Positions 44,607-54,525 are shown, counted from the stretch's first letter. The stretch is 64,000 nucleotides of DNA from a virus (IMGVR_UViG_3300011008_000026:30501-94500); one strand, 5' to 3'. The notes: generated by a model from the letters alone, not told the origin. Numbers and translations: made by a program.

Positions 44607-45008
44607 ATGACTACTGTATATCAGGAAGTTGTTAAGGCTCGCATCTCCGTTGACACGCTCGATGGAATGTACGGTGTCCAGTTTGACACCGAGTACAGAC
44701 GCGGCCGGACATGGGAGTTTGATCCTATGTCCGATGCAATCGGGCAGAACATGTCCGTCGCTACCGGGAATATGAGAGTGTACTTTCACCCGATAGTGGA
44801 GTCTATGAAGTTTCCGGAGGACGCGAATCTCCAGAAGGAATACATCATGGACATTGAGTCAGCAAGAAAGCTGTATTCCTTCATCAAGAAGGATCAGTCG
44901 CCCTTCTGGTTCGCGCTGGCTTTGGCGCGCGAAGCCCAGACGCACGGACTTGCAGATCTCAATCTTGACGCAGTTGCAGGATGCGCAACTTGCGTCGAAC
45001 CCGTCTGA
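44607..45008 (+). CDS. Hypothetical protein
   Basis: RBS AGGAGGT. Confidence 0.7.
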   Translation: MTTVYQEVVKARISVDTLDGMYGVQFDTEYRRGRTWEFDPMSDAIGQNMSVATGNMRVYFHPIVESMKFPEDANLQKEYIMDIESARKLYSFIKKDQSPFWFALALAREAQTHGLADLNLDAVAGCATCVEPV

Positions 45009-45227
45009 TGATGGCCCGGCGGCACCGGGTCGAAACGAACGTCGTGAGACGTGCGTCACGGGAAGCCATTTGGTTTTCTGAACAAAAAGAGCGGCCGGCT
45101 TGAGCAACCGGCCGCCGAAAGAAGGCACCGCATGACACGGTACTTCAGGGTTCGTCACCCATGAAGTATTGTATCAGAGGTGCCGCGAAAAATCAAGCCC
45201 AAATTTAGGGCAGAAAGGCGGTAACCC

Positions 45228-45578
45228 ATGTACAAGTTTTACAATCAGAACGCGGAGAAACAGCTCCGCAAAGCAGGCTTCGATGTGGATTCCTATGAAA
45301 AGGAATGTGCTCCCTACATCGAAGTAATCTCTGGACGCAGAGATGCAATGGAAAGCAACGACATTGGCATGTATAACTACTACATGTCGTCGTCGCAGGA
45401 CAAAGCGAAACACGCTTCACACGACAAAGCGTGCAACGGTGTCAAAACACTGAACTCGATTTGTCGTGACCATGGGTTCGATCTCCTTTTCTCCGGAGAC
45501 GAGTCCAATCGACAGGAGATCGGCAAGTTCGTTTGCGAGTTTACTGGCAACTCGAACCTGTCCGATTTCGTGGATTAA
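45228..45578 (+). CDS. Hypothetical protein
   Basis: RBS GAAAGGCGG; 116 aa. Confidence 0.65.
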   Translation: MYKFYNQNAEKQLRKAGFDVDSYEKECAPYIEVISGRRDAMESNDIGMYNYYMSSSQDKAKHASHDKACNGVKTLNSICRDHGFDLLFSGDESNRQEIGKFVCEFTGNSNLSDFVD

Positions 45579-45589
45579 GGAGGTACCGT

Positions 45590-45751
45590 ATGTACGACAT
45601 CTTCTTGATCCTTGCCTGCTTCCTTCCTGCGGCGGCTATCGTAGGGGCCGCCGCAGGGATCGTGTATCTCTGCGTGCGACATTGGGAGATCGGAGCTTCA
45701 GTTATTACTGTTGTTCTGTTCTTCCTTGCTTTCATATTTATCCATCCTTAA
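45590..45751 (+). CDS. Small two-TM membrane protein
   Basis: RBS AAGGAGGT; two hydrophobic stretches. Confidence 0.6.
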   Translation: MYDIFLILACFLPAAAIVGAAAGIVYLCVRHWEIGASVITVVLFFLAFIFIHP

Positions 45752-45829
45752 CGAAGTTTGAGGACAGGAGCTCTGCGGGGCTCCTGAGTTCAGGCTTCGG
45801 CTTGATAATTTGAAAGGAGGACTTCGAAG

Positions 45830-46105
45830 ATGAAGAAGTTCGTCGCTGTCACTCTGCTGGTTGTCTCTCTGGTTTTCTGCGCTTTCGCTTCTGCGGAAGT
45901 AAACTTCTACCCCAAAGCAGCCGTGGTTGTCGAGATTAACTTCGACAATCATGGAAATCTCTTCACCGTCGTCGAGGACGGAGAAGGGTACCTTTGGGAG
46001 GTTTACTGGGATCTAGACGAGGAAACAGATATCTCGTTAGGAGATGTCATTGCTCTCGTCATGTGGGGAGGTGAACACCATGCCGGACATTCGGCGGTTC
46101 GGTGA
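45830..46105 (+). CDS. Small exported protein
   Basis: RBS AAAGGAGG; signal peptide MKKFVAVTLLVVSLVFCAFASA. Confidence 0.65.
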   Translation: MKKFVAVTLLVVSLVFCAFASAEVNFYPKAAVVVEINFDNHGNLFTVVEDGEGYLWEVYWDLDEETDISLGDVIALVMWGGEHHAGHSAVR

Positions 46106-46190
46106 CGACTACGCCATCGTCATCGACGGGAAGCTGATCCGGTGTGAATCCTACGACGCCGCCTACGCGCTGTGGGAAGAAGCCGAATAA
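46080..46190 (+). CDS. Very small hypothetical protein (36 aa)
   Basis: RBS GGAGGTG; MPDIRRFGDDYAIVIDGKLIRCESYDAAYALWEEAE. Confidence 0.45.
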   Translation: MPDIRRFGDDYAIVIDGKLIRCESYDAAYALWEEAE

Positions 46191-46421
46191 GCTTCTGTCT
46201 CTAGATTCTACCATAAGCACATGGGATGAATCAAGCGTTTTCTGTTCGCTTAGATAACAGGGCCTTGCCGTGGGAAGCGGCTTTGGTTGAGTCTCCGAGA
46301 AAGACTCCGTTAATGCTCTTCGTAGCAAGGCGTTCGTAAACGCCGCAAGCCCACACTCAGGGCTACAGCCGGGGAGTCCCGGACGAAACAGGCAGTATAA
46401 CTGCCAGAAAGAAGGCTAATC

Positions 46422-49400
46422 ATGACTAGGAATTCTAAAAAGATCGTCTCCCGGGAACCCAGCGTCGGCTTTTCTCTTCGTGCATTCGATTCCAGCGTAG
46501 TTCTGGATGAGTATGCCGGACGGCTCTTCGACCTGAAGGGTCTCGCAGATGATCTTTGGGTAGTAAACCCGAAGACCGGAAAGCGGGAACCCGACCCTGA
46601 GATCGTGAAGCAGGGCCGCAACGCCTTCGCCGCTTTGGTTTCTTTCGCCGAGTCCATTCAGGCGAAACCCTTCCATATGAAGGAGAACCAAAGCAAGATA
46701 TCCCGGATGTCCCGTAGCATCGGCTCCGACATCTTCGGAGTTGACTACGAAGCGAAGACGCCCACGAAGGAGTGGGTCGTTGTTCAGCACGACATCCAGG
46801 AGAAGTTCAACTTCCCTTGGCAGTTCGCCGGTTCCGTCCGGAAGAAAGGCGAAGCCGAGATCGAACGTCTCCAGAAGCTGGTTGAACGCCGCTTTGGTGT
46901 TGCTGGACTCGACGTCATCCGCAAGGATGGCACGACTGACCGTTACTTTGGATTTGCCAGTTCTGCATCTCATCAGAAGAATGAAAAGCTCGTCATGGGC
47001 TTGGCATCGTCTATGGAAAGGCATGAAAAGGCGATCTGGTTCACGTTGACGAAAGAAGAGTTTCTGAAGCTCGACGTCAACGGAGCCGCGATCTGGAAAA
47101 TGCGGGCGAACATCCTTCGTCCCATCCGGTGTGAGATGAAGACCGAATCCGGCCGTCAGCTCAAGTTGTCCGACATCCAGCTCGTACCGGACATCGTGGT
47201 TAATCGGCACATCGAGAATGCCCGCACCGTGGGGAATCTCGATGAAGAAGGAAACGTCTTCCGAGACGGTCCCGTCGACGCCGAGAAAACCATGGCCGAC
47301 GGGGCTATCGTGTACACCGGACGCGATGGCGAAACCGATCTCGGGCCGCTGAAGCAGTGGGGCCAGACCACCAGCTTCGGAGTCAAAGGATGCGGTTGCG
47401 ATGGCCGTTCCTGCATCGAGGTTGCGGCCAAGCTTGAAGGCAAGCCAATTCCGAACAACCTGAAGCCCATCCTGATGGGAGAAGGTTGCTGGAAGTTCGA
47501 CAAGATCGGCCTTACTTGGGAAGAGTTCGTCGCTCGTGTCAACGAGATGGCGAAGGAATATCCCAGCCTGAACAAGCTGTATCTCCTTCGAGAGGCGGAT
47601 GAGCTTGAAGGAGAAACCAAGATTCGCCGGCTGACCCGGAGCCTGATCCAGCAGTGGGTCCATCTTTCGGGCTCTGACATCCGGAAGATGACTGCCCGTA
47701 GCAGGAAAGCACTCCGCCGGATGAAGACAATGAAGGGAGCAATCTCTTCTCTGACTGAAGCCGGCAAGCCCGAAGAAGAGCGGAGCGATGTAGCGAAGCT
47801 CTTCGGCAAGGCTCCGTGGCTGGTCCTGAACAGCTGCATACAGCAATATCTTCAGACTCGCTTCGAGAAGAAGCAGGCTGAAGCGGCTGGAAACAAGCTG
47901 CGTACGGAAGGCTCCTATCCGTATATTCAAGAGGATTTGGTTGCCGTTGCTCAGATTTGGGTATTCGGCGCTGATCCGAACCGGATGGACTTGGGTGTTC
48001 TGGCCGCTGATGAGATCAGTGTTCCGGACACCGAAGAGCGGAAGGTCCTGGCGGTCCGTTTCCCGGCGAACTACCAGACGGCGGCTGTTCGGAAGAACAA
48101 GGCGTGCGTCGAAGAGTTCGCTTCCTGTCCCGGTGTGTGTATGATCAGCTTCTACGATGACATCCTGATTCGGCAGGATGGCGACGTAGACGGTGATGAG
48201 ATTGCGATCATCCTGAATGACATCGCGATCGCCGCCACCGAGAACATGTACACCGAGTTCAATCCTCCTGTTGTAATCTTCGCGCATGGCGACAAGGCAA
48301 AGAAGGAAGTCATCGGTACAGAGGAGCGTTTGATCGCGACGATGTACGACGACCTCTGGAAGGCGAAGAAGTTCGATGGAGTAGGGAAGTATGCCAATCT
48401 GGCGACTCTCTGCTGTCATCTGGCTTCGGTTGCCTATGCCGAAGGACGGATGGCTGATATGCAGGTTCATCTCAATCAGATGAGTCTTGCATCGACGGGC
48501 GCGATCCTTGCGATTGATCAGGTGAAGGGGAACTCTGTGTCTCCTGAGCTAATCGATCGGTTGGAGAACATTTCCAAGCAGGTCTCCAAGATCTGTCGTG
48601 GAGTGTGGTCCAACGCGCATCCCGACCTGACGGAAGTTCCCAGCCGGCCGATGCCCTACACTCAGCAGTTTGTAAAAGGACTGTCTGAGCTGGAGTGCAT
48701 GCCGGAATCCGTGTCCCTGACTGATCAGATCGCTGGTCTGGTTATGCGGGACAGCGGAGAATGGGCGTTGGATACCGGATCCGCTGAATGGAACCGGGTC
48801 GAGGCGAAGCGTGCTCTGCTGAGCTTCGGCAACTATCGTGTCACCAGTGTCCGGAAGGCTCCGCTGGTTGGTACGGTGTTGAATCAGCTTTCCAATAACT
48901 GGTTCAACGACAAGAATCCGTCGGACAAGGCCGTGTTCGATGCGATTCGGAATTGCCAGCCGGTCTCTCAGTCGGATCTTCTGTCTCTTCTCTGGCGCAA
49001 TGCCTGCGCGCTTGAATTCCGCATGGAAGGCGAGAATCTGATCGAGAAGAGGAAGGAGTACCTGAAGGTGTGCAAAGAAATCCTGTATACGCAGGCCTGC
49101 TCTACGAAGTGGGTTGCGTCGGATGACGGACACATCTTCACCGATGCAGAGAAGAAGTTCTCGGTAGTGAATTCTGCCGTGTCTTCTGCTCTGTGTCTGA
49201 ACGGCAAGTCCAACGGTATTGACGCTGACAAGCGTGGCTCCTTTGCCATGTTTGTTCTGAAGGTCTTTGCCAAGGAACTGTGCTGGGCACTGGATCGTAG
49301 CAATCCGGATTCTTCTTTATTCTGCTTCAAGCAGGATGAGCTGGATGATCCGGACGACGAAGAGCTCTACACGGACGAACTCGGTGAGTCGGACGATGAA

Positions 49401-49463
49401 GAGTTTGAGTCGGAGTGGTTCTCTGATGAAGAGTACTACGACTGCAATGACTATTGCGACTAA
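46422..49463 (+). CDS. Single-subunit two-barrel RNA polymerase (SPbeta YonO / cellular RdRP-like)
   Basis: MADG, QTTSFGVKG, LTRSLIQ, VRFPAN, catalytic DGDVDGD (D588/590/592; 48183-48197), GVGKYAN, AIDQVKG; acidic tail. Confidence 0.85.
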   Translation: MTRNSKKIVSREPSVGFSLRAFDSSVVLDEYAGRLFDLKGLADDLWVVNPKTGKREPDPEIVKQGRNAFAALVSFAESIQAKPFHMKENQSKISRMSRSIGSDIFGVDYEAKTPTKEWVVVQHDIQEKFNFPWQFAGSVRKKGEAEIERLQKLVERRFGVAGLDVIRKDGTTDRYFGFASSASHQKNEKLVMGLASSMERHEKAIWFTLTKEEFLKLDVNGAAIWKMRANILRPIRCEMKTESGRQLKLSDIQLVPDIVVNRHIENARTVGNLDEEGNVFRDGPVDAEKTMADGAIVYTGRDGETDLGPLKQWGQTTSFGVKGCGCDGRSCIEVAAKLEGKPIPNNLKPILMGEGCWKFDKIGLTWEEFVARVNEMAKEYPSLNKLYLLREADELEGETKIRRLTRSLIQQWVHLSGSDIRKMTARSRKALRRMKTMKGAISSLTEAGKPEEERSDVAKLFGKAPWLVLNSCIQQYLQTRFEKKQAEAAGNKLRTEGSYPYIQEDLVAVAQIWVFGADPNRMDLGVLAADEISVPDTEERKVLAVRFPANYQTAAVRKNKACVEEFASCPGVCMISFYDDILIRQDGDVDGDEIAIILNDIAIAATENMYTEFNPPVVIFAHGDKAKKEVIGTEERLIATMYDDLWKAKKFDGVGKYANLATLCCHLASVAYAEGRMADMQVHLNQMSLASTGAILAIDQVKGNSVSPELIDRLENISKQVSKICRGVWSNAHPDLTEVPSRPMPYTQQFVKGLSELECMPESVSLTDQIAGLVMRDSGEWALDTGSAEWNRVEAKRALLSFGNYRVTSVRKAPLVGTVLNQLSNNWFNDKNPSDKAVFDAIRNCQPVSQSDLLSLLWRNACALEFRMEGENLIEKRKEYLKVCKEILYTQACSTKWVASDDGHIFTDAEKKFSVVNSAVSSALCLNGKSNGIDADKRGSFAMFVLKVFAKELCWALDRSNPDSSLFCFKQDELDDPDDEELYTDELGESDDEEFESEWFSDEEYYDCNDYCD

Positions 49464-49507
49464 TAACAAAGCTGTGCTATCGGCTAGACGGGCAGAAAGG
49501 GGAAGTT

Positions 49508-49741
49508 ATGTACAGGATTTATGCTCAGCTTGATGACACCCGGGGATACCACACCGCTGTCTTCTATGATCAGGAGATGGCATCCAAGTACTTTAAGAAT
49601 ATCCGTGCGAAGTATCCGGACGGATATATCAAAGTCAGCTGGAACTGCAATATCCGCGTCTCACGCCTATGCAGAGGTTCGACTGATTTCATCTCAGTCA
49701 CAGAGAAAGGATACTCTGTGGCTGATCTGTACCTTCGTTGA
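49508..49741 (+). CDS. Hypothetical protein
   Basis: RBS AAAGGGG; MYRIYAQLDD... Confidence 0.55.
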   Translation: MYRIYAQLDDTRGYHTAVFYDQEMASKYFKNIRAKYPDGYIKVSWNCNIRVSRLCRGSTDFISVTEKGYSVADLYLR

Positions 49742-50382
49742 TCTGCTCGCCCTGGGGTATGGCGTTAAACTGCCCCGAGTTCGGTAGAGCCCCCATGCGT
49801 GGAGGTTCTCCCGAGCCCTTAGGGCGGGGACGGGGGCTACCGCCCCCTTTCGCCCCACCCGGCTATATAATAAGGGTGAGCCATATACTATTTCCCAGCT
49901 TCGTCTCTCAGCCATGTCCGACTGTTCCTTCCATCGCCAGCCCTCCGCAGGCTCCGGGCTACTCCGGCGAGTGGCTCTCCTAAAAGCCGCTCCGGGTCTT
50001 GTCTCGCTTGTGAGTCACCCGTCTCTTGTCGGACCATGCCGCTACGGACACCGCTACGCTCCGGAAAAAATTATCCGGTTGGATAATATTGCTTCCGATA
50101 CCGCTACGCTCAGGTAAAAAATTATCTGGGCGGAATCCCGGCGCTTCGGAATGCGGGGCTCTCCGGATTCTCAGGCGGATTCTTTAAACCGGCGGATTTT
50201 TCCAAGGCCCCGTTCCCGGCGCGATTCCTCCCCAGCGCGATTATCCGGGCGGATTTCATGCGCCACCCTTCCTTCAAAAAAATTTTATTCCCCGCGGCGC
50301 GAGCGCCGCTACATAATACCCCGGCGAAGGATCTTCCTTCAAACAATTTATATTATTATTAATTACGAAAGGTGGCTCTACC

Positions 50383-50637
50383 ATGAAGTACAAGACGATC
50401 GAGGACATTGCCCAGCTGAAGGAGCACGTTTACGCGAAAACCAACGAGATCGAGGCGCTGACCAGGCGGCTGGAATCAATCCACAACCTGATTCCTGTCA
50501 TGAGCGAAAAGGCGAAGGCTGAAGCTCTGGCGGAAGCGTTGCAGATCAAAGCGGACATCGCGAGTCTCAGGGCTTTCATTACGAAGGCCAAGGCTGAGAT
50601 CTCCAAGTTCTACGCTCCGGCCCAGAAAGTTGCGTAA
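50383..50637 (+). CDS. Small coiled-coil protein
   Basis: RBS GAAAGGTGG. Confidence 0.65.
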   Translation: MKYKTIEDIAQLKEHVYAKTNEIEALTRRLESIHNLIPVMSEKAKAEALAEALQIKADIASLRAFITKAKAEISKFYAPAQKVA

Positions 50638-50789
50638 CCTAATCCTGCCCCGGCTGATGATCAGTTCCGGCCGGGGTGGACGTTTCCAGAAAGACTGGCT
50701 TCTAAAGCGTTGAGCCATTAATCAGCGCTATTCCATTCCGGTTTTCGGAAAAATTTTATATGGCCTATGGCCAAGAAAGGGTGCTCTCC

Positions 50790-51113
50790 ATGCAGAGAAT
50801 GAGTGTCAAGGATTTCCAGTTTTTGTTTGATGTTACCATCCCGCCGTTTGAAGCCTGCACAGGCAGAGGTCGTGAGCCCGTTACAGTAAAGCAAAGGGCT
50901 CAGCTTCACGAAGCCGGATTAAATACGACCGGTTTGAAGTGCAAGTCTCAGGCTACAGCAATTATTAAAACGCTGAACAAGCGTCAGGAAATGGGCCTGT
51001 GCGATGTTCATGCTGTTCTTCTGATTCTGGCAACCGGTGCGCGTCCGCGTACTCCTTACCGGATCATGACCCAGAAACACGCTCTGCAGATTATCTCCCG
51101 TAAGCTGTATTGA
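50790..51113 (+). CDS. Hypothetical basic protein
   Basis: RBS GAAAGGGTG. Confidence 0.55.
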   Translation: MQRMSVKDFQFLFDVTIPPFEACTGRGREPVTVKQRAQLHEAGLNTTGLKCKSQATAIIKTLNKRQEMGLCDVHAVLLILATGARPRTPYRIMTQKHALQIISRKLY

Positions 51114-51364
51114 CAGATGTTCGATTCCGGAGACTGATTCAGCCTTCGGACTTGAGCACCTGTACATCCCCGTCCAGCGGGGCATGGGAACCTCCTTTCA
51201 CCCTGTACCTTGAGCAAGTACAGGGTACTTTTTTGATCGTCCAAAAGGGTCGTCGGATTGACGATCGTTTGTTCCAAAGCCTGGCAGACCGGGACAACTG
51301 CTGGGCTTTTCTGTGGTGTAAAGACTTGGTTTCAAGTCTTCACATACATCCTCCTTTTTTCTGA
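51110..51364 (+). CDS. Hypothetical protein
   Basis: TTG start overlapping the upstream stop. Confidence 0.4.
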   Translation: MTDVRFRRLIQPSDLSTCTSPSSGAWEPPFTLYLEQVQGTFLIVQKGRRIDDRLFQSLADRDNCWAFLWCKDLVSSLHIHPPFF

Positions 51365-51511
51365 GCAGAGGGTTAAGGTTGACAGTGAGCAACTACCCTC
51401 TGTCTCGTCTCTCGTTTACTGTCCCCGACTTGACTCTGGAGACGGGCGCAGGCGCCCTCTCTGTTACTCTTTCGGAAATTTTTTTAAATTCTGTTGCTTC
51501 GGAGGTGCAAC

Positions 51512-51952
51512 ATGGAAAGGTCTGCTATCGTCGTCTACACCGACGGCTCATGTAAAGGGAATCCCGGCCCCGGTGGATGGGCCGCGATCCTGACTGTCGG
51601 TGACAAAGAGCTTGTTCTTACGGGAAACTGTAAGGACACAACCAACAATCGTATGGAATTGACAGCAGTGATTAAGGCTGTCGAGTCCTGTAAACGTCCG
51701 CACGACATCACAATCGTAGCGGACAGCACTTACGTCATGATGACGCAGAGTCGGTGGAAGAAACAGAGCAAGCAGAGTTCATGGAAGAATTCTGATCTCT
51801 GGGTCAATCTGCTGACAGCCTGCAAAGCTGGCGATCACAAAATTCGTTTCAGACATGTCGACGGTCATAGCGGCCATGTCTATAACGAGCGTTGTGACAA
51901 GCTTGCCAGACAGCAGGCGGAACTTGCCGCACAGGAGGCTTACAATGGATGA
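51512..51952 (+). CDS. rnhA: Ribonuclease HI
   Basis: YTDGSCKGNPGPGGW, TTNNRMELTAVI, DSTYV, KNSDLW, HVDGHSGHVYNERCDKLA. Confidence 0.95.
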   Translation: MERSAIVVYTDGSCKGNPGPGGWAAILTVGDKELVLTGNCKDTTNNRMELTAVIKAVESCKRPHDITIVADSTYVMMTQSRWKKQSKQSSWKNSDLWVNLLTACKAGDHKIRFRHVDGHSGHVYNERCDKLARQQAELAAQEAYNG

Positions 51953-52085
51953 CGTTCGTGAACTCCCGAATGGGGAGAAGAAAGTCTTCGATTCTGAAAA
52001 TGAATACGAAGACGCATACTGGGACGCCGTGTTCGAAATGAACAACGGTTTCTGCACTGAGATGCCGGAGGATTTCGTATGGTGA
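51945..52085 (+). CDS. Small acidic protein
   Basis: RBS AGGAGG; overlaps both neighbours. Confidence 0.55.
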   Translation: MDDVRELPNGEKKVFDSENEYEDAYWDAVFEMNNGFCTEMPEDFVW

Positions 52086-52363
52086 TCCAGATTGCAGTTA
52101 TAGTCCTTCTTATCGCTGTTGCTTTTGTATCAGGAATGATAACGGCTGACAGGTTCAACCGGAGAGCGGCATATGAAACTCAGGTCGCTCTACAAAAGCA
52201 ATACTTAAGACTCCGGGCTGGAGTAGACGCTGATGATATAGGACAGCCGTATGTCTATGCTCCTAAATATCGTCATCGATACTCCGCTTCCCCCGAGTTT
52301 ATTGACCGGCTCCGAACAAACGGGTCAGCCACGGAATCGGTCAAAAACAAACAAGTCGGTTAA
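52079..52363 (+). CDS. Membrane-anchored hypothetical protein
   Basis: RBS GGAGG; N-terminal TM helix. Confidence 0.6.
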   Translation: MVIQIAVIVLLIAVAFVSGMITADRFNRRAAYETQVALQKQYLRLRAGVDADDIGQPYVYAPKYRHRYSASPEFIDRLRTNGSATESVKNKQVG

Positions 52364-52644
52364 ACTCGCGGCGCGAGCGCCGCTACAAGTAGCCCTGCGA
52401 AGATTGCCGAAATAAAAATTACAATCGGTAATCCTTCAGAAATTCCATGGCGGAGGTTTCTACATGACCACGACAACGCCCAGACTGTCGTAAAACGGTC
52501 TGCCAGAAATGCTTGAAAAAGAACTCCGTAAGGAGAGAGCTGAGGGCAAGACGGGATGCAGAGATGCATTTGATCGAATGGGTAAAGCTTACTCCGGAAC
52601 TAAAACTACACCAAATTTAAACAACGAGAAGGAGAGAAGAAAAA

Positions 52645-53070
52645 ATGAAGAGCGCTATGATTATTGGACGTATCACCAAGGATGCTGTGCTGGAATCCCG
52701 TACCGTCAAGGGAGACGCCACTCCGGTTACCAACTTCAATGTCGCGGTTAACACCCTGACCAACAAGCTGGACGAGCAGGGCCGGCGCATCCAGACCACG
52801 GACTACTACCGCATCACCCTCTGGCGGAACTTTGCCACGGCCATGGCTCCGAACCTGAAGAAGGGTCGGCTGATTGCTGTCAGCGGCAAGGACTTCGCCC
52901 TGGAGACCTGGATGGACCGTCAGAACCAGGTTCACCCCACCCTGCACTTCACCAACCCCGACATTCAGCTCCTGGACAAGAAGCCTGAGTCTGGGGCTGA
53001 TGAACCCGCTGAGGGCAATGCTGTAGTTGCGGCTCCCGTCGATGTTGACGATCTGCCCTTCGAGGTTTAA
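52645..53070 (+). CDS. ssb: Single-stranded DNA-binding protein
   Basis: IIGRITKD, FNVAVN, TDYYRITLW, LKKGRLIAVSG, acidic tail DDLPF. Confidence 0.95.
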   Translation: MKSAMIIGRITKDAVLESRTVKGDATPVTNFNVAVNTLTNKLDEQGRRIQTTDYYRITLWRNFATAMAPNLKKGRLIAVSGKDFALETWMDRQNQVHPTLHFTNPDIQLLDKKPESGADEPAEGNAVVAAPVDVDDLPFEV

Positions 53071-53129
53071 TCCCCAGAACTTTCAAGCGTGACTGGTCAG
53101 TACATGATCCCACGCAACAGACAAATCAC

Positions 53130-53169
53130 AGGAGTCTGAGCCCGATAAGGGTTCAGGCTCCTTTTTTTT
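53130..53169 (+). terminator. Intrinsic terminator after ssb
   Basis: AGGAGTCTGAGCCC-gataa-GGGTTCAGGCTCC followed by T8. Confidence 0.8.
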
Positions 53170-53240
53170 GACGGTTCTAAGTTACTTGTCCATGACTGGC
53201 TTTTGGCTTATGAATTTCTTTGTCTGACTCTCCGGAGATT

Positions 53241-53276
53241 TTTCTCCGCATTCGAAAAATCCCATAATGGAGAGAG
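53241..53276 (+). promoter_or_regulatory. Phage-specific promoter-like motif copy 6
   Basis: TTTCTCCGCATTCGAAAAATCCCATAATGGAGAGAG. Confidence 0.65.
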
Positions 53277-53532
53277 ATGTCTGAGGACCTGCTTTTTGGG
53301 ATCTCTTTTTTTGGCGGATCCGTCGTTGCGTACGGATTCCGTTGATTAACCGCTGAGCATGACTGACTGTTCTCCAATTTCGGATTCGTCAGCCTGCTCA
53401 GGAATCTGGCGGGGCGGATTTCTTACAAGCCCATTATAAGTGGCCGGGCTTTTTTCCAGCGGGCATTTTCTAAATCCCCCTGTCTCCCCCCGTCCTACTA
53501 CCCCCATTACTCTTACAGGGAGGGATTTTCTT

Positions 53533-53802
53533 TTGGAAACTTGTTTCAACTATGTAGACAAGGACATCGCTTACTTCAATTCGGACGAACGCAAGTGGAT
53601 TAACAAAATTTACAAGCTGAAAAGCCAGTATCCGGACGAAATCACAATCCTTGCGGTGCCGGAGACAAACGACGGATGCATCTATTGCAAGCTCCCTTCA
53701 AGCTGTCTCAGGCTTCACTTCAAGCGAGCCGTCTCGGAGGAACAGCGCTCTGCTACTCTGGAACGACTGGCTAAGGCAAGGTCGCTGATTAAGCGTTCCT
53801 GA
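53533..53802 (+). CDS. Conserved phage hypothetical protein
   Basis: TTG after GGGAGGG; ERKWINKIYKLK...NDG...SEEQRSATLERL. Confidence 0.65.
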   Translation: METCFNYVDKDIAYFNSDERKWINKIYKLKSQYPDEITILAVPETNDGCIYCKLPSSCLRLHFKRAVSEEQRSATLERLAKARSLIKRS

Positions 53803-53977
53803 AAACTATTATAACTTACAGTGTTTTTTAAACAAATCAGCTCAGGTGGAATCCGGATGAACAAATTCACATCCGACATCCTGGAAGAGCTGATTGTGTT
53901 AAAAAGCTCTATTTGTTATAGGAGTTTTTGACAAACACGATAGACGAACTGTCTGTAGACAGCAAAGGAGCAACAAG

Positions 53978-54139
53978 ATGACATACGAAGACATGGATAA
54001 AGCAAACTCTGTTCACGATTGTACGCTGGATGATCTGCCCTTTGGAGAACTCTGTGACGAGGACGACTGGCTGATCGATGAGTTTGACAGTCTGTACATG
54101 GACATTACAGACGTTTCAGACTTACTTCCGGTGTGCTGA
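53978..54139 (+). CDS. Small, very acidic protein (53 aa)
   Basis: RBS AAAGGAG; MTYEDMDKANSVHDCTLDDLPFGELCDEDDWLIDEFDSLYMDITDVSDLLPVC. Confidence 0.55.
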   Translation: MTYEDMDKANSVHDCTLDDLPFGELCDEDDWLIDEFDSLYMDITDVSDLLPVC

Positions 54140-54154
54140 TTCCGGACAGAAAAT

Positions 54155-54190
54155 TTTCTCCGCATTCGAAAAATACCATAATGGAGAGAG
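54155..54190 (+). promoter_or_regulatory. Phage-specific promoter-like motif copy 7 (upstream of the tRNA/ncRNA cluster)
   Basis: TTTCTCCGCATTCGAAAAATACCATAATGGAGAGAG. Confidence 0.65.
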
Positions 54191-54453
54191 AGAAGATTGT
54201 CTCTTTCCGGACACACGCTGTACGAGCTTCTTAAACCTGAAAAAGGACATACAGGTTTACGAACTCGTATCTTATGGATTGGCTCGCCGCGAGCGGCTCG
54301 CTCAATCTCACGACGATGATTCTCTCCGAAACGACTTTCGTTATAACCAACGCCGGAGAGAATTGCCATAAGCATGCGGATTACAATATGCCTGAGAAGG
54401 AGTATTGTAATTCAAATGTGATTCACTTCCGGCACAGCCTGTATTGGCTGTGT

Positions 54454-54525
54454 GCTTCTGTGGCGCAACGGCAGCGCAGCGCACTTGTAATGCGCAGGTT
54501 GTGGGTTCAAGTCCCACCGGAAGCT
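54454..54525 (+). tRNA. tRNA-Thr(UGU)
   Basis: Acceptor GCTTCTG/CGGAAGC; anticodon arm GCGCA-CTTGTAA-TGCGC; T arm GTGGG-TTCAAGT-CCCAC; no encoded CCA. Confidence 0.9.

Noticed and set aside
46416-48470. 684-aa minus-strand ORF
   Set aside because: Antisense shadow of the RNA polymerase gene; no motifs or RBS
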